DNA of 64,000 nucleotides. Origin: Haliotis rufescens (lineage: Eukaryota). A program made the translations under genes and the position numbers. This document shows positions 1 through 14,189 of the stretch, one piece after another. The notes beneath the pieces were generated by a model. It was not told the origin of the DNA, made no database searches, and saw only the letters and a list, made by a program, of their open reading frames with translations. Every line of letters starts with the position of its first letter. The first letter of the stretch is position 1. Location: assembly GCF_023055435.1 (NCBI RefSeq), contig NW_025963879.1, forward strand, positions 10,726,001 to 10,790,000. Reading direction: 5' to 3'.

Positions 1-1865
1 CATGAATAAGTAAAGTACATGTATTCAATACAGAAAATGTACAAGTTTGGACACTGGCTGGTGAGGGTTTGATGACACTTTGGCTCCTTTCAAAGAAAGA
101 AAGTATACATCTTAAACAAGAGATGAGAATCTGTGGCCACCCCCAGCATATTATTAAACATATTTTATTGTCCAAAAAGACAAAGTGATTGGGCACAAGT
201 GCAGCACTGCATTACCGCCTTCTCCCCCAGCATATGAAACAGATGGTCCATGCAAAGTAGTAAATCAAACCAGGTGATCCTCATTTTCATTTTGATTTCC
301 TATATGTAATGGTTCCTAACACCAATTCAGCTTGCAAGAATACATCCAGAACGATGTTGAAGCAATGCCTGCCTGTATGCAAGGTGAGCTACACTCACTG
401 ACTAATTCCTCCAAAGGCCCTGATCCCAGGCTGCCAGGTTAGCACCTCAAGTAGATGGATTACTTGGGGATTCATAATGATACTTAAACACAAGCAAGGA
501 AATTAAGTCGCAGATCAAATATTTATAGAAACTGCCTCTGCGGCTCAGAACTGTCCAAGGTGGTGAGAGGAGCTAAACAGTTAGCCCTCAATCAAACACA
601 CTACAGACAGAGAGGGTCTCTTGTCTCACCCAGGTAATACCTGTGGTGTGGTTTGCCACTTTTAATGAAATTTGGGTTGGTTCCTGATAAATGTTCGGCC
701 ACCCTGAAGGTGATATTGTCCAATTCTAGATGTGAAAGGCCTCCAGTATTTGTATACATCACAATCTATCGTCTACCTTTCTCATGTCAGTGAAAAGTGT
801 TCAGCAGCAAATAACTTTTTCGCTGGTTCTTGTTGATGTTAGCGTTGAAAAGAACAGCTAGGGCTGATTGCAATTTCTACAGATAAGTTATATTTCCAAA
901 CCACTCTTCATGGAGCCAGATGAAATTACATGATCCCATCTGCTTTGATAATTATTCAGTAATATGTTCAGTTTTATTAATCCTCTACATGTCAGAATCA
1001 ATTAGGACAGACTGCACAGACTTCACACAAATTGATGCTTGTCGAATCTCCAGCGTAATATCATGCCAAGATTCTACCTCATAAAAACAGTTTCACAGAA
1101 ACCGAATCCTTCTTGATCTTCTATCTCCTAAGCTCTTCCCTCATGAAAGAAGGTGAAAGTCAGATTATGTCACAGCAGTGTCACTGCATGTCATCAGAAT
1201 ATCTGTCAAAACACAGTACTTCAAAGACCTCAGCAGCCCCACACAGCTCTCAGACACACTTACAACCCATAACCTCAATAACATTTGTCATCTGCAAGGG
1301 GAACAAATAAGATTTAGCTGTCATCTATTTGCATTTCAATATTTGATTCAGAGAAAAGTACTAATTAGTCCCTTCAGATCCTGAGAAGATTTGCATGAGA
1401 AAATTTCAAACAACTCCATGCATTAAGTATTGTTTCTCGAGTCCTAAACACCACATCTGTAAGATGTCGCCATGAGGAGCCAGACTGCTTCACCATCTTA
1501 TCTTGACAGACACTGGTGAGTTTGTTGTAGTCTAGAGTTCTGACATGATGCTTCTTGTCACCAGCATTTCACACCAACATCCATGTATCATACTCATCAT
1601 AGGTTCTCGAGTACTGTGATGATGGGGACTTTTACCAGTCTTGTAACAGGGAGATAGAGGCTGATTGTGTTGATACCCCCGAGTGTTTGGTAGCCTGGAG
1701 GTCTGTGATGGTGAGAACATTACCATTGCAACTGCTTCCATGTAGCTCTCAGAGACTGGAGACCTGTCTTCCGATTGGCCATTTTGGTCAAACATGGTCA
1801 ACTGTTGTCCACTCTCACTATGTAGACAACTACATGGGTACCTGCATATCCCTCTGTATCTACAC

Positions 1866-2129
1866 GACTCATGAAGATCCGGGTTAAAATAGGTCTTCAG
1901 CAACCCCTGCTTGCCGTAACAGGTGACTATGCTCCTCATAAGAGGCGACTTAAGAAATCGAGTGGTCGGGATTGCTGACTTGGTTTTAATCATGTCATCA
2001 ATTCCCAACTGCATAGATTGATACTCATGATATCAATCTGGATTGTCTGGTCCAGACACAATATTTTCCAGAACACCATCATATAGCTGGAATATTGCTG
2101 AGTGTGGCGTAAAACAACAAACAAACAAC
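1866..2129 (+). mobile_element. SINE-like interspersed repeat, family A (3' end ...tatagctggaatattgctgagtgtggcgtaaaac plus simple-repeat tail)
   Basis: Homologous segments recur at about 27480-27625, 55075-55290, 55310-55410 and 63915-64000; (aaac)n tail. Confidence 0.75.
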
Positions 2130-3292
2130 TGTATCTGTACACAGTAATATTCTAATATACTTGTGATCCATGTCCAGAAGCTAGCAGTGTCTGTGTTACA
2201 TCCTCTGTGACTGCAAGATCAATTGTCATTTATGTCATGTCATACTACATCAATCTTGGTATCAGTCAACAATTGCTGTCAGATGCCTCAAGTCATGATT
2301 ACAACTGTGCTTCATATGGATTGTATTAACTCTCATCCTGACCCCATGACAACAGAGTACTGCATAAACATTTAATTCACATGAAATTGGTGTTATGATA
2401 ATCATCAATGTACACTTAACTTTCACTATCAGTGAGAGAGTAAGCAAATATCACTTTACACTGCATCAACAATCTTGGTGACATTTGAAGTGACACCAGC
2501 TGATTTCTTCCCATTCATGGAGTATTCCAAGCGGGGGAGAAGACATGAAGCCATCAGCTGACACAGACCAATCAGCTGCCTGCTGGCCCAGGTGCTGTAT
2601 ATTGCCTGTAATTAACAAGGCTACAGAGGGTGATTTCCTTTGTCTGGATGGATGTGTGTGTATTGGAGATGCAGCAGCAGCAGCCATAGACAGTGACTCA
2701 CCTATAGTCATCTGTAGGCCCACCGCGAGGGAGGAGCTGACACTGCCTAGCACCAGCTACTTCTCATTCACTCCACTTCAATCAGGAGGTTTGTGGTATA
2801 TTCAGGGGGTACTAATCACTAATGAATCACTGGCTATGGCAGAGATGTGACTCGCTGGCCAACCAAATCATTCCAGGCTAACAGAAAAGCCTTCAATTAA
2901 CTTCTAGACATGTTAGGCTCAGTACAATTGTCCTTGGGCGATCATTGGACAAACCTATCAAGGGATACTTGGTTGTGGCTACGCTGGGATCTGGTGCTCA
3001 AAACTGCTGCTGAATATGAATTAGACTGCTGACCAACAGATATTGTCATACTGGAGCACTACAAGAGGTTACCCATGACAACGAATTTATCTTCAATTTG
3101 CATTACTTGTTAACTCATTCCAAAAGTATTCAGATTTGGCATTTTGTTTCATGCCATGAAGTAAGGTAACACTCGCCCAAGTTACTTTTAGAAATCGATA
3201 CAGACGAAAACAGGATTAACAGGAAAGCCTGTGTACTCTAACATAAGGTATACATTTGTGATTTATTGATACATCAGTGAAATATGACACCC

Positions 3293-3433
3293 TGTCTTCA
3301 CACCCTAGTGACCACTGGAGAACATCTACAGTAGAGACAGGCTGGTTGACTGAGGTTGTCTTCACACCCTAGTGACCACTGGAGAACATCTATAGCAGAG
3401 ACAGGCTGGTTAACTGAGGTTGTCATCATACCC
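3293..3433. repeat. Tandem duplication, 64-bp unit, about 2.2 copies
   Basis: tgtcttcacaccctagtgaccactggagaacatc occurs at 3293 and 3357. Confidence 0.9.
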
Positions 3434-5129
3434 TGTTGACTTCAGTACAAACATATATGTAAAGGGGATTATCCTAAACCACCTTGTTTTAAATGTTCAT
3501 ACAAAACCAACATGTCTTAATCAAGTAGGGTCTCTAAACTGAGTTGGCGTCTCTTCTCTCATTACGATGCTGCTTGAAGAGAACGGAGACATTTCTCTCA
3601 CTGTATTGCATTACCACCAATCCTTCAAAACTGACAGGAAATTGTTCACATCTTATTTTCTAAGTACTCTCAATGGTTAGCAATGGCAGATTACATAAGG
3701 GCCTCTGACTGTAAAGTGAACATCAGAATGTGACTTGAAAAGACATAGAAAAATATTTTACATTTCTGAAGAGAATTACTGGACTACTTCTTGTGTATTC
3801 CAACACAAAGCACTCAGGTAATTTCCTGCAGACTGCTGAATCCTCAAAACAGAGTTTAGATTGATGTAATGCTGTGACGTCAGGTCATGTTAATTATGTC
3901 GTCCAAATGATGTGACATGTCAACACTTCGTGAGCGGCATCTGTCAACTCAAGGCTGTTTTGTGATATGCATCTTACACCTGGACATCTGTAGTTGGTAG
4001 ACAGAGGAAATCCTTTGTGTGAATCATGTTTGCAGGTAGTCAGAGAAGCAGTGACACTTCAGTAAATCTGACTCTCCAATCAATGTTACCATGTACAATA
4101 ACACACTTCAGAAATGATGGTGGTTAATTTATTCTGCTCTGAAGGAAGGTAGTTATATTGTTTTCTCTTGTTGTAGTAACATTAATACTGGCAATCTTAC
4201 TATTTTCTATAATATTTAGTCTTGAACAAAACATCTTCAAGCAAAAACTAAAAAATAATTAAATCATCATTCTACCATTTGATAGAAAAATGATCATACT
4301 GGAGGAATCAGCATTCTAACAGCACAGAAACACTACAAGTGATCTGTCTTATACATCGATCATCGCTGATATAATAGAAAAAATACTGTGCAACCCACAC
4401 ATGCTAATAAAATTTCAACTTTTTCTATAACTTGATAAGTAAAGGCCGTCATCCCAGAGAAAGTTTCTCCTCACTATTGGGGCAGATTCTCCTCAAGTGT
4501 GGTTAGCTCGTTTGTTATCATCCTGAGAGTGATGCACCATCTGTTCGTGGTATTAGGAACTCAGTAAAAACAAGCATCCAGTCATGTGAGGAGCAACTCC
4601 ACAGTGGTTTTAACAACTGAGCAGTGGACAAGAGCAATCTCACTGCAAGCAGACATAATTATATTAAAGTTGAAAAAAACAAATATTCTAAGTCTTCATG
4701 ATAAACTAAATAGCTTGTGTACTTGTTTTTGACCCAAGAGTAGTTTTTCTGAGGAAGGTAAAAAGTTGTTGTGTTAAAAGCATTACAGTTGGCTTTTGTT
4801 TTTCCCCAAGTCCTGATTGTTTCTCAGATGTGTAAGGTACATGCTTCACCCAGTTCCCCCCAGTGCGTTCTGCTGCTATATCTATAAGTTCCAATGTCAT
4901 GAAATACTCATGCTGTTGTCAGCTAAGTATGTCAGTGGTAACAGCTCACAGCACAACATGAGGCTCACTGACAAACAAAGTATTCCCATCTTTAAAACAA
5001 TTTGAGCCAGTTATGGACATATAAAGAAACTTCACACATAATTTCCAGGCATATGTTGTCCCTTAACATTCACAACACAAACACCAAGCCTAAAATCATA
5101 ATACATTTACCTCAATATGCCATCAGGTC

Positions 5130-7327
5130 ACATACACACTTCAACACACCACCACTTACATGTTATATAACACCACCACTTACATGTTATATAACACCAC
5201 CACTTACATGTTATATACACATTTCAACACACCACCACTTACATGTTATATAACCCCACCAATAACATGTTATATACACACTTCAACACACCACCACATA
5301 CATGTTATATACACACCTCCACTTACATGTTTGTACACACCACCAATTACATGTTATATACACACTTCAACACACCACCAATTACATATTATATAACACT
5401 ACCAATTACATGTTATATACACACTTCAACACACCACCACATACATGTTATATAACCCCACCAATAACATGTTATATACACACTTCAACACACCACCACA
5501 TACATGTTATATACACACCTCCACTTACATGTTTGTACACACCACCAATTACATGTTATATACACACTTCAACACACCACCAATTACATATTATATAACA
5601 CTACCAATTACATGTTATATACACACTTCAACACACCACCACATACATGTTATATAACCCAACCAATTACATGTTATATACACACACCCACTTACATGTT
5701 TGTACACACCACCAATTACATGTTATATACACACTTCAACACACCACCCTATACATGTCATATACACACCACCACTTACATGTTTGTACACATGACCAAT
5801 TACATGTTATATACACACTTCAACACACCACCACTTACATGTTATATATACACCACCACTGATATGTTATATACACACTTCAACACAACACCACTTACAT
5901 ATTATATACCCACCACCACTAACATGTTTGTACACATGACCAATTACATGTTATATACACACTTCAACACACCACCACTTACATGTTATATATACACCAC
6001 CACTGATATGTAATATACACGCTTCAACACACCACCACTAACATGTTATATACCCACCACCACTTACATGTTTGTACACACTTCAACACACCACCACATA
6101 CATGTCATATACACACCACCACTAACATGTTTGTACACACCACCAATTACATGTTATATACACACTTCAACACACCACAACTTACTTGTTATATACCCAC
6201 CACCACTTACAGGTTATATACACACTTCAACACACCACCACTTACATGTTATATACCCACCACCACTTACATGTTATACACTTACATGTTATATACACAC
6301 TTCAACACACCACCACTTACATGTCACATACACACTTCAACACACAACCACTTACATGTTATATACACACTTCAACACACCACCACTTACATGTCACATA
6401 CACACTTCAACACACCACTACTTACATGTCACATACACACTTCAACAGACCACCACTTACATGTTATATACACACCACCACTTACATGTTATATACCCAC
6501 CACCACTGACATGTTTGTACACACTTCAACACACCACCACTTACATGTTATATACCCACCACCACTTACATGTTAACACTTACATGTTAACACTTACATG
6601 TTATATACACACTTCAACACACCACCACTTACATGTTACATACCCACCACCACTTACATGTTATATACCCACCACCACTTACATGTTATACACTTACATG
6701 TTATATACACACTTCAACACACCACCACTTACATGTCACATACACACTTCAACACACCACCACTTACATGTTATATACACACCACCACTTACATGTTATA
6801 TACCCACCACCACTTACATGTTTGTACACACTTCAACACACCACCACTTACATGTTATATACCCACCACCACTTACATGTTAACACTTACATGTTATATA
6901 CACACCACCACTTACATGTTATATACCCACCACCACTTACATGTTTGTACACACTTCAACACACCACCACTTACATGTCACATACACACTTCAACACACC
7001 ACTACTTACATGTTATATACACACCACCACTTACATGTTATACACTTACATGTTATATACACACTTCAACACACCACCACTTACATGTCACATACACACT
7101 TCAACACACCACCACTTACATGTCACATACACACCACCACTTACATGTTATATACACACCACCACTTACATGTTATACACTTACATGTTATATACACACT
7201 TCAACACACCACCACTTACATGTCACATACACACTTCAACACACCACTACTTACATGTTATATACACACCACCACTTACATGTTATATACACACCACCAC
7301 TAACATGCCATAAACACACTTCAACAT
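5130..7327. repeat. Composite CA-rich minisatellite built from ccaccacttacatgttatataca and cacttcaacaca modules (units of about 12-35 bp)
   Basis: Read directly; produces His/Thr/Tyr-rich ORFs in all three plus frames. Confidence 0.97.
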
Positions 7328-8419
7328 AACTTTGAAATTAAGCCAAGTGATAGTAGTGAAATGTACCCTCTCGTTAGATGTAAATCAAACAGACACACCC
7401 CATCCAGGGAATCAGCCCCACCTGTTTTGTATGCATGGGATCGACAAGTCGATGAGCATGGCCGATGTGAATTTCAAACCTGATGTAGAAGAGGGGCTTC
7501 CATTGAGAGGTGCTGAATTTGGGTGGAATGACTGGTCTTCATCAAGGGACATGACTCTCCATATACATTGATTTTCCCTCCTGCCTGTAATCTGATTTCC
7601 ACATGACTAAGAGCCAACAAACTTGCTTCAAAGTGTGCTAAGTAAAAGCAAATACTGATGCTAATCTCTCCTACATCAGCACTCTGCTGCTGGCCAGGAC
7701 CACCTCACTGTCTTTCAACAGTCACTATTTCACCTCTGTCACAGATCACTTATTATCAATTTCATTTCATTAGTTTCCATTTGCCTTGTGATGACCGAAA
7801 TGTTCAAGTTTATTTGCTCTCTAAATACTTCGTCATCCATAGTAAAATGAACCCCTGATTGAAATGAATACTTTTGATTGGGGAAGTAAACAGTTATCTA
7901 AAATACAAAGAAATAAATCAAACAAAGTTTGAACTGAAAATCAAATATATCTTTTTAAAAGGTGATTGTTGCCAAATATATTCCTGCTGAATTAGGACCA
8001 GCAGGAATCATACAATCTTCCTCACATAAACTTTACAATGTCATATTTTCAAATTATTTTAAGGACAAAATTTTGTTTTGTTCACCCGTCTCCCTGTTAA
8101 TTGATGAAGTTGACTTACTATTCCCTTTGTGCTGGGGCATCACTGAATCATGATGCTGTTGCCATGGAAACTGGTGATACCCATCATGACAAAACAACTG
8201 ATAATGTGTGTCCACTGCAAACAGGACAGGAACAGGTTCCCCGTGAGATGAAACCCTACACTGATATTGCATTTGTGAAGATAAGCATTACCCCAATTAC
8301 AATAATTGATCAGACACTATGGAAACAAACGATACAACAATTGTTTCCTGTTAGTTCAGAGACGTAAAAGATTAGGCCACACTTGTCATATCCACGGTTT
8401 ACAGATCACTTGTAAACCA

Positions 8420-8529
8420 GGGCCCCATTCCACGAAGCAATCTTACCGCTACGATTATCGTAAGACTATATGTTAAAGTGTGGGATTAAAGATTGACTTA
8501 GCGCTAAGATCACTCTGGGAACGGGACCC
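8420..8529. mobile_element. Short palindromic MITE (gggcccc...gggaccc ends, possibly PIF/Harbinger-type)
   Basis: Imperfect inverted arms gggccccattccacgaagcaatcttaccgcta / ttagcgctaagatcactctgggaacgggaccc; a degraded relative lies near 51610-51690. Confidence 0.55.
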
Positions 8530-8836
8530 TGATAGTTAGGGTAAGCAGATATCTGTTTTCTAGTTGTAGAGCTTAATCTTTCTTTCTTATTTCAAAGAGT
8601 CTGGGTGGATTGCATTTTGACGGCTACCAGTTACTTATTGTTAGATGATTGGAGTATCTTTTGTACATTTCTGGTCCATCAAAGCAGTAGCGAAACTTCT
8701 TTCAGCTATTTTCTGACTGTGAAGTACTTGTTACAGCAAAACTTTTTATCATTCATGGTTATCTTGGTTTTCAGAAGTAAGGAAATTTGTAACACAGTAT
8801 TTCAGCAATTTACAGTAAACTCAGTGAGAGGTGCTT

Positions 8837-9263
8837 AGTGGTGCACACAGCCATGTTACAGACAGTGGTCACCAACAAGGTGCTCCGTCTCAGTGGTGCA
8901 CACAGCCATGTTACAGACAGTGGTCACCAACAAGGTGCTCCGTCTCAGTGGTGCACACAGCCATGTTACAGACAGTGGTCACCAACAAGGTGCTCCGTCT
9001 CAGTGGTGCACACAGCCATGTTACAGACAGTGGTCACCAACAAGGTGCTCCGTCTCAGTGGTGCACACAGCCATGTTACAGACAGTGGTCACCAACAAGG
9101 TGCTCTGTCTCAGTGGTGCACACAGCCAGGTTACAGACAGTGGTCACCAACAAGGTGCTCCGTCTCAGTGGTGCACACAGCCATGTTACAGACAGTGGTC
9201 ACCAACAAGGTGCTCCGTCTCAGTGGTGCACACAGCCATGTTACAGACAGTGGTCACCAACAA
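8837..9263. repeat. Minisatellite, 55-bp unit, about 7.7 near-identical copies
   Basis: Unit agtggtgcacacagccatgttacagacagtggtcaccaacaaggtgctccgtctc. Confidence 0.98.
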
Positions 9264-10339
9264 GTTTAAAAATCAAAATTATTAACCATAAATTTCACTA
9301 TTGATGTCAGTGTTCAACTCAGCCACAAATGTAAAAATCTTAATTATTTTTCCTCTCATTTTTCAATGGATTCTGAAAATTGTAATTTTCATAAGCTTCT
9401 TGTTTTACAAATGGTGCCCCAGCTGTTTTCAGGTTCCTAGTTCCTTCTCAATACCTTCACACTCTATGTACATATATGCCTAGCAAAGCATCATAAAGAT
9501 TCCCATTGTACCCTTCCAGTATATTGTATTCAAGGTCATTAGACGCTCAATGTCCATTTGCAACTATTTCTCACATGCAAAATGGCACTCAAGCCAGAAA
9601 TCAATGCATGTTGTCACTTAAATTGTCCTGAAATGATATCCACATGAATTATTGTGCCCATGATACCAAACCTATCAAAACAATTTCCTTTTAAGCAGGA
9701 CAAAAATTGATTTAAATCTTCTATTTCATGTGACCCCACACAGAGCAATTGACGACATTAATCTGGAAATGGCACTACAATCTACATGCCATGGTGTTCA
9801 TCAAAATATTGTCTTTGGCAAAACGACTATGAATATCTGTATTGACTCGGCCTGCCCATGTCTCCTTCATCTTGAAGTGATATTGATGATGCTGTAACAA
9901 CAGTGGTTGTTGGCTTCCTAATGCAATAAACATGAGGAATTGGGCAACTGATTGTCAGTCTGTCAAATTTAGATAATAAATTCTACCTGCAATCAGAAAC
10001 CATTTGTCAAAGAGTGACATTTCATCAGGAACAAACTGTGATGCAGAAAGAAAACGTTGGCCATTGTCACAAAAAGTTGCACTTCTACATACAGTAAGAT
10101 TAAAGTGTGTACAAATATCAACAGCTAGGGCAATATTTACCAAACAATGTTAGCTCCTGTGTGCATAAGTCCGCTCATCTAGATATGAACCACATCAACC
10201 AATTGCTAGTTGAAAGTTGGTCTACCTAATGGCTCTGCCAAGCTGTTTTGGCCATCCAGTGCGGGACATTAATATATGACAGATAAACAGATTGCTGCCA
10301 ACTACGTAAGTCACAGTCAAACCCAAACATCAGATCTAA

Positions 10340-11052
10340 CAGTCACCCCAATAGACCACACCACAGAGTGAAAAGTCACACCCATAGACCACACCACACA
10401 GTGAACAGTCACATCCATATACCACACCACACAGTGAACAGCCACACCCTTAGACCACACCACACAGTGAACAGTCACATCCATATACCACACCACACAG
10501 TGAACAGCCACACCCTTAGACCACACCACACAGTGAACAGTCACACCCATAGACCACACCACACAGTGAACAGTTACATCCATAGACCACACCACAGAGT
10601 GAATAGTCACATCCATATACCACACCACAGAGTGAACAGCCACACCCTTAGACCACACCACACAGTGAACAGTCACACCCATAGACCACACCACACAGTG
10701 AACAGTTACATCCATAGACCACACCACAGAGTGTATCTACGTTCAAACTTACCCGTATAGTCAAACAGTCACACCCGTAGACCACACCATACAGTGTATC
10801 TATGTTCAAACCCAAACAGTATAGTCAAACAATCACACCCATATACCACACCACAGAGTGTATCTACGTTCAAACTAACCCGTATAGTCAAACAGTCATA
10901 CCCATATACCACACCACAAAGTGTCTCTATGTTCAAATCAAAACAGTATGGTCAAACAGTCACACCCATATACCACACCATAGAGTGTATCTATGTTCAA
11001 ACCCAAACAGTATAGTCAAACAGTCACACCCATATACCACACCATAGAGTGT
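10340..11052. repeat. Minisatellite: a 33-bp unit (about 12 copies) followed by a related unit of about 62 bp (about 5 copies)
   Basis: Shared core aacagtcacacccata(g/t)accacaccacagagtg; the long unit carries an extra tatctatgttcaaacccaaacagtatagtca segment. Confidence 0.95.
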
Positions 11053-12287
11053 CTCTAGACACATTCAGTCTTGGTAGCATTAATGCCCCCTTCCTTATTG
11101 ACCCCTCATATGTGCAATATTCCAAGACAACTGGGAATCTTGGCTGTAAGGTCCATTAGCCAGCCTCATGATTGTAGCTGGAATATTCATTACACTCTTT
11201 TCACTAAATGGTACATTTCAGTAATGACATTCATTTGACTGTTCATAACGCCATATTGAACTGACATTTGGAAATGTAGAAACCCAGTGCTACATTTAAC
11301 CTTCCGGTAGTGCTTCATGGTATATCATTTGTAGGGACCAGGTGTACTGTACCCAGTATGGTGGTTAAGAACTATTTCAGTGGGCAAGTATCATTTCTGA
11401 AATCCTGACACAAATCACTGGACTGGAGGACAACTGACCATTTCCAGCAGCAGCAACAGGAGCGGCTATAGATGCCCTGGTTCATTACCCACTGGCATCC
11501 AAGTCATCAGCCTTGGACAAAACAATGGGCTCTTTTGGAAATTGAAACCCTCCTCAAAAACAATACCATCAAAGAAGTCTGTTCATGAATAAATATCAGA
11601 AGCAGTCAGAATATTCCACCAGACAGTAGAATGTCATCTTGCATGAGAGTGCCTGCATGAAAATATTGATTACATGTCAAATTTTCATGACATCAAAGCA
11701 ATTTGGTTTGAGCAAGAACATTGGTCACATGGAACTAGGGGCCTTTGGTGGTCCAGGGGGTAAAAATGTGCAAGTACTGGACCAATTCTTTCAATTGGAA
11801 TTAGTTTGAAAGCTTAACATGTCTGGGATGAATATTAGTATGCAAATTTATGCACATATTACAGTTTCAAAAACAGTGCATAACATTAGTTGTTGATATT
11901 GATGCATCCCGCATGATGTTTCTGTACTACGGGCAAGTGTACAATAATACAGTAGGTTAATGTAAACACTGGATGAATAAAGATACAAATAATGTAAATG
12001 TTTAACAGTACTGAGGGACAGTAGCCCACCTGACAATATCTGGTCCATAGCTGATAATGTCAGCAGAAACAACCACTTCGGATACATGTAGTTAGTATCA
12101 ACATCACAATGTGAGTAAAGAATAAGTTGTAATGATCAGGAATATGTATAACAAGTTTCAGCTTTATCAGTCCGGTGGCTTCTGGGAAAAAGATGTATAG
12201 AAGGAGGAGGAGGATGGAGGATGGCTTAGATGGACAATGGCTAAACAGGACACAAGCTCAGTTGGGCTTATACAAAGGTAAACTCAT

Positions 12288-12667
12288 CATGAGATGCGGT
12301 GAAATGGTGTTTCATTCACGTCCACGATTATTGCACTTATATAACTACGTGCATGCACGTGTGTGTGTGGGTGTGTGGGTGTGTGGGTGTGTGGGTGTGT
12401 GGGTGCTTGTGCTAGTCCGGACTAATTTTATTTGTGCCGATTTTATAGTGCTAGCCCACTCAGATACCATAACGAGTTTAACATGAATACCCCACTCAGA
12501 AACAGTATACTGTCTCCGAGCCAAACAGTCCTTGTTTTAGCCCCATAATGCTGAGCAACAGGCAGGGTAACAACAAGTACCATCTTTTGGCATGATGCGG
12601 CTGTGGATCAAAATCCAAACCTTCAGCTCTCTGGGCAGATGCTCTACCACAAGACCACGGAAGAAGT
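12288..12667 (-). mobile_element. tRNA-derived SINE, family B (older copy; Meta/MESC-like central domain), with an internal (GT)n/(GTGTGG)n microsatellite
   Basis: Clearly homologous to 57303-57654; degraded A box and B box at the right end. The domain assignment is from memory. Confidence 0.8.
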
Positions 12668-12795
12668 AATCACAAGCAATTCCTTTTAAGGACCTGAACT
12701 AAAACTTTCCCTAACACAGTATCCTTGCTGGTTTCCATTTAGTTCCATTTACAAAAAGGCATGGGACCAAAGTAACTAGTTCAAACAATACTTAC

Positions 12796-12967
12796 CCATA
12801 CACAGGGTCTACAACAATCCCACGAGGCTTGTCCAGGTCAAAGCCAATCAAAATCCTGCGCCCACTTCCGTCATAGTTGGCAACTTCGATGGTTTGTTTC
12901 TGTGCGTCAGTCCAGTACACATGGTTAGAGATCCAGTCCACAGACAGTCCATTGCATTCCTCAACAT
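12796..12967 (-). CDS. Coding exon 4: (D)VEECNGLSVDWISNHVYWTDAQKQTIEVANYDGSGRRILIGFDLDKPRGIVVDPVY(G), canonical YWTD repeat
   Basis: Within ORF 12792..12980. ttgcAG acceptor at 12969-12968; GTAAG donor at 12795-12791; 172 nt, phase 1 to phase 2; GLSVDW..YWTD..IEVA..DG..PRGIVVDP motif. Confidence 0.96.
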
Positions 12968-13835
12968 CTGCAACATACACAAGAGGAAACCATTGTAAGA
13001 TTCATCAAACTTACTGTTTCATCGATTTGATGGATGACAGGCTTCGGAAGTTCAAGACGGCAGAAACATGCCAAAAGGACTAAGCTGAAAAGCCCTGTGT
13101 ACCAGCACTGTCATTGTGAACCTTGAGCTAACTGACTTTGATTATTATCATAATTAAGAACCACAACAGGACGAAACTGACTAGATTTATTTGGCTGAAG
13201 TAGGTAAAAGATGCAGACAAGTTACAATATTTGGCACATAAAGTCACACAATAAGAAAGTGTATACTTGAATTAATTAAACCCCAATGAAACAAGCAAGT
13301 AATCACACACTGTATGGCACAAGTGATATTTTATAAGATATGAAACCAACTAATATAGACAATGTTTATATAATAGTGCGCCTTATACCTGTAAGTAGGC
13401 ATGAAATGTAATATATATGATGGAATTGTTTGGTGACTTAACATGCAGAGAATTGAAGTTTATGCCTGACAGTGAGAATGAAAAATTATGTAACCTAAAT
13501 TGAGTTAATCAGGTCTAATGTTGAAAAGTAAATATACAAATTAGGTAAGTTAGAAAATTTAATCTTAAAGTGAAAATATTAAGTTGCCACTAAGACTGTA
13601 AATTGTACCTAGTCTACAACCCACTAGGACATACAACAAGAATATACGGAACGGTAAAGGCGGTGGGTTGGTGCGGTACATGCGTATGAATTAGAGTTTA
13701 GCTAGCCAATGACACTGAAAGGCAGGAATTTGTACCATATTGCAAGGTATGATGGGAAAATAGAAATTTAGGTCTTGTCAGCCCGAGACGCGAATTTAGA
13801 AACAGGCATTGTGGGTAGAAACTTGACTGGAAAAG

Positions 13836-14189
13836 GCCTAGCAAAACGAAAACTGGATCAACAAAGCAATACCTCAGGTGTATGGTATAACCTAGCAGGC
13901 TGAAAACTGTATCAACAAAGCTATACCTCAGGTGTATGGTGAAACCTAGCAGGCTGAAAACTGTATCAACAAAGCTATACCCCAGGTGTATGGTAAAACC
14001 TAGCAGGCTGAAAACTGGATCAACAAAGCTATACCTCAGGTGTATGGTGAAACCTAGCAGGCTGAAAACTGGATCAACAAAGCTATACCTCAGGTGTATG
14101 GTGAAACCTAGCAGGCTGAAAACTGTATCAACAAAGCTATACCCCAGGTGTATGGTAAAACCTAGCAGGCTGAAAACTGGATCAACAAA
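13836..14189. repeat. Minisatellite, 54-bp unit, about 6.5 copies
   Basis: Unit aaacctagcaggctgaaaactg(g/t)atcaacaaagctatacctcaggtgtatggtg; 18-aa periodic ORF. Confidence 0.97.

Noticed and set aside
2466-2850. Overlapping 95-aa and 101-aa ORFs
   Set aside because: No recognisable domain or splice support; consistent with chance ORFs in a GC-richer patch.
1-12795. Exon 5 (expected phase 2, YxxWTDWG-like)
   Set aside because: I found no matching exon by eye. It probably lies beyond the window, although a divergent small exon could have been missed.
13600-13850. CpG-containing patch adjoining the 54-bp array (similar patches at about 14560-14950 and 61230-61490)
   Set aside because: Probably transposon fragments, but no termini, TSD or second copy in the window supports a call.
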